In this document: in pieces, positions 36,143-53,976 of the stretch
How positions within the stretch are numbered: position 1 is the first letter of the stretch
Layout of the letters: each line of letters opens with the position of its first letter
From: Malacoraja senta
Lineage: Eukaryota
NCBI GenBank assembly: GCA_038087875.1
Contig: JAXLNO010000213.1
Location: 372,001 to 436,000 of the forward strand
DNA: 64,000 bases
Direction: 5' to 3'
Position numbers and translations under genes: made by a program
The notes under the pieces: model-generated
Seen by the model: the letters and a program-made list of their open reading frames with translations, nothing else
The model's database searches: none
What the model was told of the DNA's origin: nothing

Positions 36143-39100
36143 TCTTTCTTCCTTTCTTTTACAATCTTTTTATTGTTTTTTTTCCAAAAAACAAAACAAA
36201 AATAAAACATAAAAAACAGAGCAAAAAGAATAATGATAAACATAACAATGGTTTTGATACATAGGGATCATGATTACATTAATAACATATATGACCTAAT
36301 ATGAGACCAGTGTCAACATACACAATGACTATAGACCTCCCGCTCTCTATGTAAATATAGTTACACCTTTAAAAGGAAACTTATCAATGTAAAAAAAACA
36401 CAAAGATAAAAAGACAAAAGAAAAAGAAAAAAAGGAAAAAACAAAACCCCCCTAAACTAAAGGAAAAAAAATAAAAATTGATCATAATAAAGTAAGAATA
36501 AAAATAAAATAAATAAAAAAACAAATCAAAGCAAAACCGAATCTGAACTGAGAATTTCAACAATTTAAGTCTGTTTGTCGTCGAGTCCGTTCCATCCTAT
36601 AGAGGTAAAATAATTTTTATAACGGTTAGAGAAGGAGGAATTTGTGTTGTGTGAAAGTGTTCAATAAATTTCCCCCAAGTCTTATCAAATTTAACCAAGG
36701 GTTCAACAATGTCACTCCTGATTTTTTCTAAATTTAAACATGATATCGTTTCAGAATACAACTGGAGTGTGGTCGGAGGGTTGGAGTCTTTCCATTTAAA
36801 TAAAATAAATGTTCTGGCGATTAATGTGGTAAAAGCAATCAACCGATGGGCGGAGCGGGACAAATGAATAGAATCTAACATTGGTAGCCCAAAAATTGCA
36901 GTAATAGGATGAGGTTGTAAATCTATACCTAAGACTGCAGAAATAGTATCAAAAATGTATTTCCAATATTTTTCCAAAAGAGGGCAGGACCAAAACATAT
37001 GGGTCAGTGAGGCCACTTCAAAATTACATCTGTCACAGGTAGGATTTATATGACCATAAAAACGAGCTAACTTATCTTTTGACATTTGAGCTCTGTGAAC
37101 CACCTTGAATTGTATCAAAGCCTGCCTTGCACACATTGAAGAGGTATTAACTAATTGAAGAATCCTCTCCCATTTCTCTGTAGATAAAAAAATTGGAGTT
37201 CTCTTTCCCAGTCATTCTTAATTTTATCAAATGTATCTATTTGTAATTTCAAAATCAACTCATAAATAGTCGTTAATTATCCTTTCTGATAAGGGTTCAA
37301 CCGTAAAAAAAATCCAAAATTTCGGATTGATGTGGTAACGGAAAAAGCGGTAGAGTAGCCTTCAAAAAATGTCTAATTTGTAAATATTTAAAAAAATGTG
37401 AATTAGCTAAGTTAAATTTCATTGGAGAGTTGTTCGAAAGACATAAAACAACCCTCCAGAAACAAATCACGAAAAGCTACTAAACCCTTCCTCTCCCATA
37501 AGAAAAAGACTTGATCAGTATTAGACGGTTGGAAGAGAAAATTGGATAAAATAGGACTCGATAAGATAAAATCAGTTAGTCCAAAAAACTTACGAAATTG
37601 AAACCATATTCGGAACGTATGTCTTATTATTGGGTTAGTCGTATATTTATTCAATCTCGTAATTGTAAAAAGTAACGATGCCGCTAGAATAGAAGCCAAT
37701 GATAACCCTTGTAAGGAATCACGTTCTGGGTTTATCCATCCTTGGGCATTGGGTATCTTCTAAATCTTTTGTCCAAAATGTTAAATAACGAACATTGACT
37801 GCCCAATAGTAGAGTCTAAGGTTCGGCAATGCCAAACCACCATTTTTTTCCTGTAAATTATTTTTACCTAATCTGGGATTTTTATTCTGCCACATATATG
37901 AACAAATTGTGGAATCTATAATATCGAAGAAAGATTTGGCAATAAAAATTGGTATCGTCTGAAATAAATACAGAAATGTAGGTAAAATGAACATTTTAAT
38001 AGCATTTATTCGGCCAATTAAGAATAAGGACGTTGGTGACCATTTAACAAACTGATGTTTAATATGGTAAATTAAATGCATAACATTAGCTTTAAATAAA
38101 TCCTTGTGTTTCTTGGTGATCTTAATACGTAAATAAGTAAAACTTTCGGTAGTCAATCTAAATGGAAACTGTCCATAACTCGAAACAACATTATTTAATG
38201 GAAAAAGCTCACTCTTACTATGATTTCGTTTATAACCAGAAAAAACGACTAAATTGGTTAAGTAATGCTACTATTGTGGAATAGATTTCTCATGGTTAGA
38301 AATAAATAATAACAGATCATCTGCATAAAGAGATAGCTTATGTGTCTTATTCCCGCGGACAATACCAAAAATATTAGGGGATTCCATAATAGCGGTGGCT
38401 AAAGGTTCCAAATCAATATTAAATAGTAAAGGGCTTAACGGACAGCCCTGTCTAGTACATCGAAAGAGCCTGAAAAAAGGGGATCTCTGATTATTAGTAA
38501 ATACAGAAGCCTGAGGTATAAGATACATCAGTTTGATCCAAGAGATAAATTTTGGACCAATCTTAAATTTTTCATGTGTTTTAAATAAGTATTCCCATTC
38601 TACTCTATCTAACGCCTTCTCGGCCTCAAGTGAGATGACACATTCTGGGGTTTTATTAGACGCTGTATATACAATATTCATTAATCTCCTAACGTTGAAG
38701 TATGAGTAACCATTTTTAATAAAACCATCTCTGATCTTCAGAGATAATTTGCGGTAAAATCTTTTCCAATCTCATAGCTAATATTTTGGAAAGAATTTTG
38801 AAATCTACATTTAACATTGATATAGGTCTATATGATGTCACTTCAGTAGGGTCTTTATCTTTTTTAAAAATTCAAGAAATAGAAGCTTCATAAAAAGATT
38901 GTGGTAATCTATTCCTTAAAAAGGCTTCTTTAAATACCTTGCATACCCATCGAGACAATAAATTTGAAAAATACTTTAAAAATTCTACTGTAAACCCATC
39001 TAAACCGGGAGCTTTACCAGAATTCATTGAAAAAATTGCTTTCTGTATTTCTTCTTCCGTGATGGGTTCATCTAACAACAGAGAATCATTATATGGTAAA

Positions 39101-40055
39101 TTTGGTAAGTGCAGTTTCCTTAAAAACTCATGCATTATATGAGAATCAGTAGGAAAATCTGATTGGTATAGGGAGGTATAAAATTCCTGAAAGGTTTGAT
39201 TAATTTCGTCATGGTCTACAGTTACTGTACTATCCCGTTTACTCACTTTAGTAATCTGACGCTTGGCCGACACTGCTTTCAATTGATTAGCAAGTAATTT
39301 ACCAGATATTTCGCCATGTATAAAAAATTGACTTTTGGTTTTAAGTAACTGGTTCTCAATCGGTGATACTAATAACAAATCATATCTCAATTGAAGTTCA
39401 ACTCTATTCTTATAGAGCTATAAACTAGGAACTTTTGAATATATTTCATCAATTTCTTTAATCTCGTCAGCCAATGTGCGTATTTCTTGTTGTGTTTCTT
39501 TTTTTAATCCCGCAGAGTATGAAATAATTTGGCCACGAATATATGCCTTAAAAGCATCCGAGACTACACCATTGGATATCTCTTCAGTAGAGTTTGTCAA
39601 GAAGTAAAAAGCAATCTGATCTTTCATAAAATTAATAAAGTTTAAGTCTTGAAGCATTAAATCGCCATTGTTTAGCACTAAACTTGGAATCAGGTAGTTT
39701 GATCAATAGTTTCAATGGTGGATGATCAGAAATAGCAATTGCATCATACTCACATGCAATGACCGATGGAACTAGCCGAGAATCTAGTAAAAAATAGTCG
39801 ATCCTAGAATAACTACGATATACATGAGAGAAAAATGAAAATTCTTTGTCATTTGGGTTTAATATTCTCCAAATTTCTAACATTCCCGAGTCAAGTCAAA
39901 ATTAATTAATAAAATTAGCTGATTTATTTGGAAGCACATCATCAGATGTAGACCTGTCAATCGCGGATTCAGACAGCAATTGAAATCTCTACCCATTATT
40001 AAAAAGTGTTCATTTAAATTAGGAAAGGATGCAATTAACTGTTTTTAAAAAATCA
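36143..40055 (-). mobile_element. Older 5'-truncated L1 with fragmented ORF2
   Basis: Collinear fragments: SRIDYF/SDH (39632-39883), GKAPGLDG, SLEAEKALD/RQGCPLSP/YADD (38271-38681), GGLALPN, CDRC...HMFWSC (36597-37136). T-rich tail at ~36143-36185. Short CR1 3' ends flank it (35998-36140 minus; 40056-40285 plus). Confidence 0.9.
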
Positions 40056-40664
40056 GGAATTCTCTGCCACAGAAGGTAGTTGAGGCCAGTTCATTGGCTA
40101 TATTTAAGAGGGAGTTAGATGTGGCTCTTGTGGCTAAAGGGATCAGGGGGTATGGAGAGAAGGCAGGTACAGGATACTGAGTTGGATGATCAGCCATGGT
40201 CATATTGAATGGCGGCGCAGGCTCGAAGGGCCGAATGGCCTACTCCTGCACCTATTTTCTATGTTTCTATGTCTATGTTTCTATGCAAGTGGTGAAAGTG
40301 GAAAGTGAGTTTGGAATTACAGTTGAGTTTTAAGTACTATCGCTTTCTTCTTCGATAGAGTGAGTTGTGGAGGTCCACGCTTGTGTAAACACTCCGTTTA
40401 ATAATTATACGATGCAGCCCCGTCGCTCACGAACTTCAACCACCAAATCCTTTGTACACCAACCCCACGATGGCCGAGTAATTAGTTTGCCCAGATCACG
40501 ACGGCCCGCCACGTGACCACGTGGTTGGTCTGCCCAGATCACGCCCGGTCCACGCAAGAGCTCGTGCCCGAACCACGCCGGTTCGATATCAAAATGGCTC
40601 AGCCCACCACATGACGCCCTCTCCACCTCCAGAACCGGAGTAATGGAGGCGGTTAGCTCACGAG

Positions 40665-41345
40665 TGATTTTTGTTTTTTGAGTAGAGCTAACACTCGTGG
40701 AAACATGTTGATTTTATGTCTGGCTGTATGACAGATTTGACAGTCCGTAGTCGCCTTCCAGAGTGATTCATAGAGTTTGTGGCCAGTGTGAGAGGGGTCA
40801 GAGTTGATCTTACCCGCTCGTTTCCTGGCCCTTGCAGTGTACAGTTCATCAATGGAGGGAAGGTTGCAGCCAATAACCTTCTCAGCTGATCGGACGATTC
40901 GCTGCAGCCTCCAGGTGTCGTGCTTGGTGGCTGAGCCAAACCAGACCATGATGGAGACGATGAGGACAGACTCGACGATGGCCCTGTAGAATTGGACCAT
41001 CATTGCCTTTGGCAGATTGTGCTTCCTCAGCTGCGGCAGGAAGTACATCATCTGTTGTGCCCTTTTGTCTGTGGAGTCGATGGTGGCCCCCCGTTTAAGG
41101 TCCTTGGAGATGATGGTTCTCAGGAACTCCACAAATGTGAATCTGGGGCCGTAGGTTGCCGACCTCGGCTCTAACATAATCTAAAATACTCCACATATTT
41201 GACTGTGGTGTTGTTGATGGTGATTGGTGGTGAGGGGAGGGGGAGCGCTACTGAAGTCTACAATCAACTACACTGTCTTAAGAGCATTGAGCTCCAGGTT
41301 GTTGCGATGGCACCAGGACGCCATGTGTGTCACTTCCTGTCTGCA
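40665..41345 (-). mobile_element. Rex1-like LINE fragment
   Basis: ORF 40653-41177 (AQQMMYFL..LRKHNLPKAMMVQFYRAIVESVL..WFG, SDPSHTGH) is homologous to 22089-22480. Confidence 0.75.
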
Positions 41346-41999
41346 GGCAAACTTCCTGTTGGCTTGAATTGTATCCATGTTGAAATAGTCCCACGCTCGG
41401 GTAGATACATCAGAACTAACCTACGGAAATTAGTTTTGTCACCAGTCTTTATATAATAAATAACCAAAAGTGCGTAACAGCGGACAGCAGGACAAATGAG
41501 AAATGCCGCAGAAAGAATTCCTACAAGTTCTGTTCAAATCCTAACCGCGTTACTGCATTCCCAGTAGGACAAGTGGGTTAACAAGAATTTTCAACCAACT
41601 TTGTGCGTGGTGTATAACGGTCGTGGTTGTCAAACCGGTTGGTCTTGGTTTCAGCAGCCAGGCCGGCCACTGTTCTGATGGATGTGGGCATTGGAATCTA
41701 CGCTGTGGACAGACAGCTGCTTGCACGCACATACTGAGCGCTGCAGCTCACAGAACTACAGCCCGGCAACTCAATCATTAAGCTGGCATTAAGCATTATT
41801 TCTTTACCTCCGATTAGGCTGTGGGCCGAGCATCAAAAATGTGTTTAGAATCCAGTTTTCGTGACCCAAGTCACCAAACTACATGACATTTTCCACAGAT
41901 TTAGATGAAATATCAATGAGAAGGATTTCATAACTCGTCATTGCCAAAAGCTGCACATTAATTAATTAAACTAATTAGAAAATGATAACGGGAAAGTAA

Positions 42000-42013
42000 G
42001 CGCCATCTAGTGG
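42000..42013 (-). promoter_or_regulatory. CTCF-like motif CCACTAGATGGCGC
   Basis: Matches the CTCF core consensus CCASYAGRKGGCRS. Motif only, no functional evidence. Confidence 0.4.
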
Positions 42014-42083
42014 CCAATGCCCATATTACACCATGGGCAGCTTATTTCCGTGTTGCAGTCCATTTAAACTATATATGATTATA

Positions 42084-46987
<4,904 letters not shown>

Positions 46988-47047
46988 ATATATATATATA
47001 TATATAATGAGTGAATGAATGAGTGAATGAACGAGTGAGTGAGTGAA

Positions 47048-47815
47048 TTGTTGTTGTATTCAATTTATTGTCATTATCTCATTTTAGAGACAACGAAATG
47101 TATTTTCCTTACAGTCAAGTAACATAAAAATAAATAATAAATAAATAAACTTTTTTTTTAAAGCACCAACACAGAAGTCCACACACAGCATAATCCCACA
47201 GTGGCACCAAAGTTAAGGAAGGTACCATAGTCCAGCCACCTCCCCGCCGATCTTCCCAGATGTTCACCCGTAGTCGGGGCCTCCCGAGCACCCGCAGTCG
47301 CCGCCACGGGCGGCCCGATGCTCAGGCCCTCTCGCCGTGAACGGTGTAACCCCGACGGAGAACATCCTCAGCGGCGACCTCCAGATCAGCCACCTCCCAC
47401 CGGAGTCCGCAGGCCGAGCCGGGTGCAGTCGCAGGACTCCGCGGTGTAGGTCAGCGCCGCCCGCGTTGGGAGCTCCGCGAATCACAGCTCCGCGCTGTCG
47501 GTGCAGCAGGCCCAGCACTCCGGAGCTCCAAACGGCGGTCCCCGGTAAGGCATCGCCCGCCCCGCGATGTTTCCAACGTTGCGCCGCTGCTGCCGGAGCG
47601 GGGGTGGGGGGCGATGACGCGACTCGAATAATAGTCGCATCGTCTCAAGGAAGCGACTGAAGGACGGTATCCCCCTTACTGTACCCTCTTCCCCCACATA
47701 AAAAACATTTAAAAAACCCACAAAAAAACGCTCTTCAAACATACCAAAAACATAACAAAAATACAAAAAGATACCGGACTGAAGGCGGAGGCAGCTAGCA
47801 ACAGCGCCACCGAAT
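47048..47815 (-). mobile_element. GC-rich SINE-like retroposon inserted in a (gaat/gagt)n tract
   Basis: Minus-strand 3' end GACTG...ATTTCGTTGTCTC-loop-GAGATAATGACAATAAA with a caa-type tail; CpG-rich body. Confidence 0.6.
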
Positions 47816-48529
47816 CACCGAGTGAATGTATGAATGAATGAATGTGAATGAATGAGTGAATGTACAGCCTCCAAATCTCATTTTTTCACATTATAAAGGT
47901 GCAATTAAATTAATTAAAGTGCATACAGATTAATTTTCATAAATTCAGACTTTAGATCTTACCTTTTCAGTTCCATTTGATTCACAAAGTTTGACAGCAG
48001 CACCTCAGGCAGGGACATTGCTTTCAAGACTTTCTTCCACTTAGCTGCACATTCATCAGACTTCTTCATGCTTTTCTCACTAAATACAATTACCTTGCTG
48101 CTAGTTTCCACGACATGTATTCCACAGAACTAGAAAACATCTTCATCGGAATCTCCAGTAAAACAGGCATCAGTGAAGCCCTCTCAGTGCTCCCTGCCTA
48201 GCTAGCCTGAAACAAAGCGCGTGATTGGCCAACTGGCATACAACTCAATGTTAAACGTGCTTTGATTGGACTAAAAATACCCGAACATTTTCCGGTTTTT
48301 CTCTAATTTAATGAAAATGTGCAAGTCTTGTTCATGACGAGATTCAGGGTGATTTATATGATTTTTTTACACAATATGTGAAAATTTCATGTAGTTTGGT
48401 GACTTGGGTCACGAAACACTGGAATAAAGCTCCTCGGCCCACAGCCTAGAACTAAATGGCTTGCAGCTTATTCTTAAACTGTGGCCCCTGGTTATATCTA
48501 TACACACATAAATAACCAGATAAAGTTCA

Positions 48530-48885
48530 ATGGACTATTAATGTTCATAGTTTTGTTTGAGCTGAGTTTAATAGCTTGATGGCTGCGGGGAAATAGTTAT
48601 TCCTGAACCTGGCCGTTGCAGTCTTCATGCTCCTGTACCTTCTACCTGAAGGTAGCGGGGAGATGAGTGTGTAGCCAGGATGGTGTGGGTCCTTGATGAT
48701 GCTGTCAGTCGTTTTGAGGCAGCGACTGTGGTAGATCCACTCGATTGGAGCGATGTCACAGCCGATGATGGACTGGGCAGTGTTTACTACATTTTGCAGT
48801 CTTTTCCGCTTCTGGGCGCACAAGTTGCCGAAACAAGCCATGATACAACCGGTCAGCATGCTCTCTACCGTGCACCCGTAGAAGT
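48530..48885 (-). mobile_element. Rex1-like LINE 3' fragment
   Basis: ORF 48545-48859 reads ...IIKDPHHPG..LPSGRRYRS..RFRNNYFPAAIKLLN. Confidence 0.75.
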
Positions 48886-49629
48886 TCTTTCAGCATGTAG
48901 CATTCTTTCTTACCTGTAGCTTTTATATCAAGAGGGCTTGTACACAAAAACAGGGATGTAATGTTGAGGCTCTGTAAGTCACTGGTAAGGCCGCATGTGG
49001 AATACTAGACAAAGGAAACACATAACAAACAGTGAAAACTGTATCTATGGTATGGGCTTAGGCTGTGAGGACCGACAGAGCTCACTGACTCTAGCGTTTG
49101 CCCGCTGTGTCCGCGCCGCAATCATACACCAATGTACCGTCCGCCTACATATTTTAATCCACACACGTCCTGGATCGAGCGTGTGGACACACACAGACTG
49201 TTTATACTTCCCAGAACATTCAACGGGTTCTCATATTCACTGCACATTCTCTATCCCTCTATCAACAGTGCATTCATGAGGCAGCTAGACCAGTGATGAA
49301 ACACGGTATTCGCAATCTGGCCTCACTGGAGTCATCTAACCTTTGATGGTGAAGAAATGTGGAGTGGAAACAGACCACTCTGCTAATATTTCTTCTTTTT
49401 TTAGATAATTATTTAAACTATTTATTCAACTTTAAAGTGTAATATTCTCGCAGTGCGATGTTCTACCTCGGTGTGGCAAATATAATGTATCTACTATTTT
49501 AAACAGTTAAATAACGTATTGAATGTTTTGGATGTGTTTTAGTCTTGTTTTAACTTGTTTTGGTTGCACTGATCAGGAGTAGCTCTCCGAATGTCGTTGT
49601 ATTTCTAAGTACAATTACAATAAAGGCTT

Positions 49630-49665
<36 letters not shown>

Positions 49666-49692
49666 ATTATTATTATTATTATTATTATTATT

Positions 49693-50198
49693 AAGAGCCC
49701 TTTAAGAGCCCTATCAAGCTTTCTCTTGGAAATATCCAGAGAACAGGCCTCCACCGCCCTCTGAGGCAGAGAATTCCACAGACACACAACTCTGTGGGTG
49801 AAAATGTATTTCATCATCTCCGTTCTAAATGCCTTACCCCTTATTCTTAAACTGTGTGTGGCCCCTGGTGCTGGACTCCCCCAACATCGGGAACTTGTTT
49901 ACTGCCTCAAGCGTGTCCAAACCCTTAATAATCTGATGTTGCAAAGACAACGCCTCTCATCCTTCTAAATTCCAGAGTACAAATGCCCAGCCGCTCCATT
50001 CTCGCAGCATATGACAGTCCCGCCATCGCGGGTATTAACCTCGTGAACCTACAATGCACTCCCTCAATAGCAAGAATATCCTTCCTCAAATTTGGGGACG
50101 AAAACTGCACACAAGACTCCAGGTGTGGGCTCACTATGGCCCTATACAAGTGCAGAAGGACCTCTTTGCTCCTATACTAAACTCCTCTTGTTATGAAG
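49693..50198 (-). mobile_element. CR1 LINE fragment, preceded by an (ATT)n microsatellite at 49633-49692
   Basis: PHLESCVQFSSPNLRKDILAIEGV and FTHRVVCLWNSLPQ match the CR1 at 13587-14100. Confidence 0.8.
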
Positions 50199-50201
50199 AG
50201 A

Positions 50202-50676
50202 TGTTATGATTCGTATGTGGTGAAAGTGGAAAGCGAGTTTGGAATTACAGTTGAGTTTTAAGTACTATCGCTTTCTTCTTCGATAGAGTGTGTTGTGGAG
50301 GTCCACGCTTGTGTAAACACTCCGTTTAATAATTATACGATGCAGCCCCGTCGCTCACGAACTTCAACCACCAAATCCTTTGTACACCAACCCCACGATG
50401 GCCGAGTAATTAGTTGGCCCAGATCACGTGGTTGGTCTGCCCAGATCACGCCCGGTCCACGCAAGAGCTCGAGCCCGAACCACGACGGTTCGATATCAAA
50501 ATGGCTCAGCCCACCACACGAGGCCCTCCCACCTCCAGAACCGGAGTAATGGAGGCGGTTAGGCTCACGAGTGAGGAGACCAGATCTCGTGTACGCGTCT
50601 CTTGTCTTCAGGGTCGCTGCTGGCAGAGTTGAGGGCGGGGCGGTCGTGACGTTGGACTCCCTCTCGCGCCTCTACA
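50202..50676. mobile_element. Possible solo LTR (TGT...ACA, 475 bp); partial second copy at 40288-40667
   Basis: TG/CA termini and a high-identity second copy. No convincing TSD. Confidence 0.35.
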
Positions 50677-50819
50677 GATTTTGGTGTTTTTGACTAGAGC
50701 TACCACTCGTGGTAAAATGTTGATTTTATGTCTGGCTGTAGCTGCTTTGACAGTGCGTGGTCGCCTTCCAGAGGGAAGTGATTCGAAGAGTATGTGGCCA
50801 GGGTGAGAGGGGTCAGAGA

Positions 50820-50870
50820 CAGGGCCGGATTTACGTATAAGCTTGACAAGCTTAAGCTTAGGGCCTCGAA
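50820..50870 (+). mobile_element. Single end of a probable hAT-like MITE (CAGGGCCGGATTTA...)
   Basis: CAGGGCCGG-type terminus interrupts a Rex1-like fragment. No partner TIR found. Confidence 0.35.
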
Positions 50871-50929
50871 ATATAGGCGGCCTCTGGCCAAGGCAGGACA
50901 CCTGCCGTTCAACTCTGAGCGGCCCCCCA

Positions 50930-50960
<31 letters not shown>

Positions 50961-51958
50961 GTGTCAACTCCCCGTATCCGCCCGCTATCCGTATCCATGT
51001 CCGGGCCGCCGGTTCTCCGCTCTCCGCTCGCTCCTCATCCGCCGGCACGGCAGGCCTCCTTGCACATGCGCACTGCTACGGCCAGCATACCCCCCTGCAC
51101 ATGCGCACATCCACGGCCAGCACATCATCGGCCGCCCTGCGCATGCGCACTGCCACTGCAACTGGTCGGCGGTGGGCACTTTCTCCCTCGATTTGAATTG
51201 TAGGATACCTGGCCGCCATTGCTGTCCGCGACCGCTGATAACCAACGCTGAATCACTCCCTGACCCTGGATCTGGAGTAACTCCCTGGAGTAACTCTTGC
51301 TTCTGGTTTCCTGGTCCTCCATAAATATTCTAAATGGAATTTAAACTGGAGGTCGTGGAGGGCTGAACAATAACAGCCTATTGCATTTTATCTGTTTATT
51401 TATGCTTCTGAATCTTCTGAATTTTTAGTCTGCATATCGCCAACGTGTATATATATGGTGTATAAACAAACTGAACTTTTATCTCCTGTTCTGTATTATG
51501 TTTACATATTCTGCTGTGCTGCAGCAAGCAAGAATTCCATTGTCCTATCTGGGACACGTGACAATAAAACTCTCTTGACTCTTGACTTGGACTTAAGCAA
51601 AAAAGGGTTCTTGGGGAAAAAGAGGTACCTTAAATTTAGTTGCGTCTGGTTGGGTAACTATGGTAGGGTGAAGACTATTCCATGCTTTAATTGTGCGGGG
51701 GAACTCCATGCAGCAGCCAGCATCTCTGGATAGAAGAAATTGGATGACGTTTCGGGTAGAGACCCTTAATTAGACTCCCTCTGGTTTTAGTGTTTTTAGT
51801 TTAATTTAAAGATACAGCGTAGAAACAGGCCCTTCGGCCCAACGAGCCAAGAGTCAAGAGTGTTTTATTCCCTTATGTAAACAGAATATGTAAACATGGT
51901 TCTCTGTAAATAATGTTATAAACGAGAAAACAAAACGGTGTATTTTTATATATGAATA

Positions 51959-53400
51959 CTAGACTAAGTGGGACCCGTTGGGTCCCAGCATCACACGGGA
52001 GGGCTGGTCATCCAACGCAATATTCCAACTCTCTAACAATTCCAATAGTGCTGGCCAGTGGTGGGGGGGCGCTTACTGTTGTGCTAGTATGGGTATTGTG
52101 GGCCGAAGGTACTGGTTTCCAGAGGGTTGGTATAGACATTGTGGGCCGAATAGATTCATGGGCTGGCAGCTCAGTCAGTGAGGCCAGGCAGCTCAGTCAC
52201 TGAGGCCTGGCAGTGCAATCACTTGGACCTGACAGGCAGGCAGCTGAGAAACTGCCTGATATTCTGCCCAAAACAGGTGACAGACTGTGAGAGAGAAGGG
52301 GGAGAGGGTGGACTGAATGGATTATTGGGCTGGCAGTTCAGTCACTTACGGCTGGTGGGCTGTCAATTCACTTACTCAAGGCTTGTGGGCTGGCAGTGCA
52401 GTCAGTCACGCCTGGTACGCTGGCAGTTCACTCAGTCACCCCACCTACCTTCACCCCCCCCCCCCACTCTGCTCCTTGCCATTCCCCTCCCACCCACACA
52501 TTCAGTGCATCTCCCCACAACCTCCCCCATTCACCCTTAGTGGCTCTCTCACCGAGCAGCTATTCCTGCCTATTAGGTTCGCATTGTGATGAAGAACAGG
52601 CAGGCATGAAAAGTGCAATAAGGATTTATTAAAGTTTAAAATGTGAATAACGCAAAAAAAATGAGAACAATTTAAATGTTAAAGATGAGAATTATTAAGT
52701 TATTTCTTGTTGTGTCTCTTGTTGTGTTCTGCTGCTCACTGCCTCTTGATGACTATTTCCTATTGATAAAAAGAGACATTCATCCCAAACAATGACTTTC
52801 ACTTGCCTCATGAAATGTGCCGTCTTAGAGTTCTTCTCGATGTTACAGAATGTATCCTCGGCCACTTGGATGGGTATCTTGAATCGAGAATGTGTAGTTC
52901 TTCCACCAGGCATTAACGTAGCTGCTATCCCAGTGGATGCTACAGCAATAACCACATCACCTTGACCTCTAACTTTTCCTGACATGATGTCGAAAAAGCA
53001 GCCTAAAGACAATTTCAGTTGTTAATGAACACTGAAGAATTTGTGCAAAACATTGTTTTCAGGCGGGGGCTGTCAGGGTGGGGTGGGGGGTGGTAAACGT
53101 CGTGCAGCCAAGGGAGGGGCACAGCTTCAGGCGGTGGCTCTCGTGAGCTGATAAGAAGGGGGGGTGTCCTCCAGCGGGGGATGTGGGCGGCTTCAGTAGG
53201 GGGCAGGAGGGGGCGCATCCTATAGCCAGGCGGAGGGCAGCGTCTTGAGGTGGGCGATGTCAGTGGAGGGGGGGGCGGTGAGCGACTTACTCATGACCTC
53301 TGGACTCACTCACTGCCTTGGGATTAACTCATGGCCTTTCGACTGACTGACTGACTCACGGCTTGCGGACTGACTGACTTATGCCCGAATTCTGGAGTGA
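51959..53400 (-). mobile_element. Duplicate of the Helitron remnant
   Basis: Same hairpin and CTAG terminus (51959-51962). PIF1 fragment 52695-53012 reads AVASTGIAATL. Confidence 0.8.
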
Positions 53401-53925
53401 CGTCCGACTTTTGTAAACTGAAATCTGTGACATCTACATTGAGGAACAGCTTCTTGCTGACAGCCATCAGGCGATTAAACATAACAAATAAGCTCTGAAC
53501 TACGAAATACTATATTTGTGTACTATTTGTTATTTGTTGATCACATATAACTTCCAGCTCACACACACACACTGACACACACACACAGACACACACTCGT
53601 ATACACACACACACACACACACAGACTCATATACACACACACAGACTCATACATACACACACACATACAGACTCATTCACACACACAGACGCTTTCACAC
53701 ATACACATACAGACTCATTCACACATACACACAAAGACTCATTCACACACACACACACAGACTCATTGACACATACACACATACACCAACACATTCACAG
53801 ATACACACACACTCACACACACTCATTCACACTCACACAGACACACACATACACACACACAGACTCATTCACACTCACACACACACAGACTCATTCACAC
53901 ACACATACACACACACACACAGACT

Positions 53926-53960
<35 letters not shown>

Positions 53961-53976
53961 ATTCACACAGACACAG

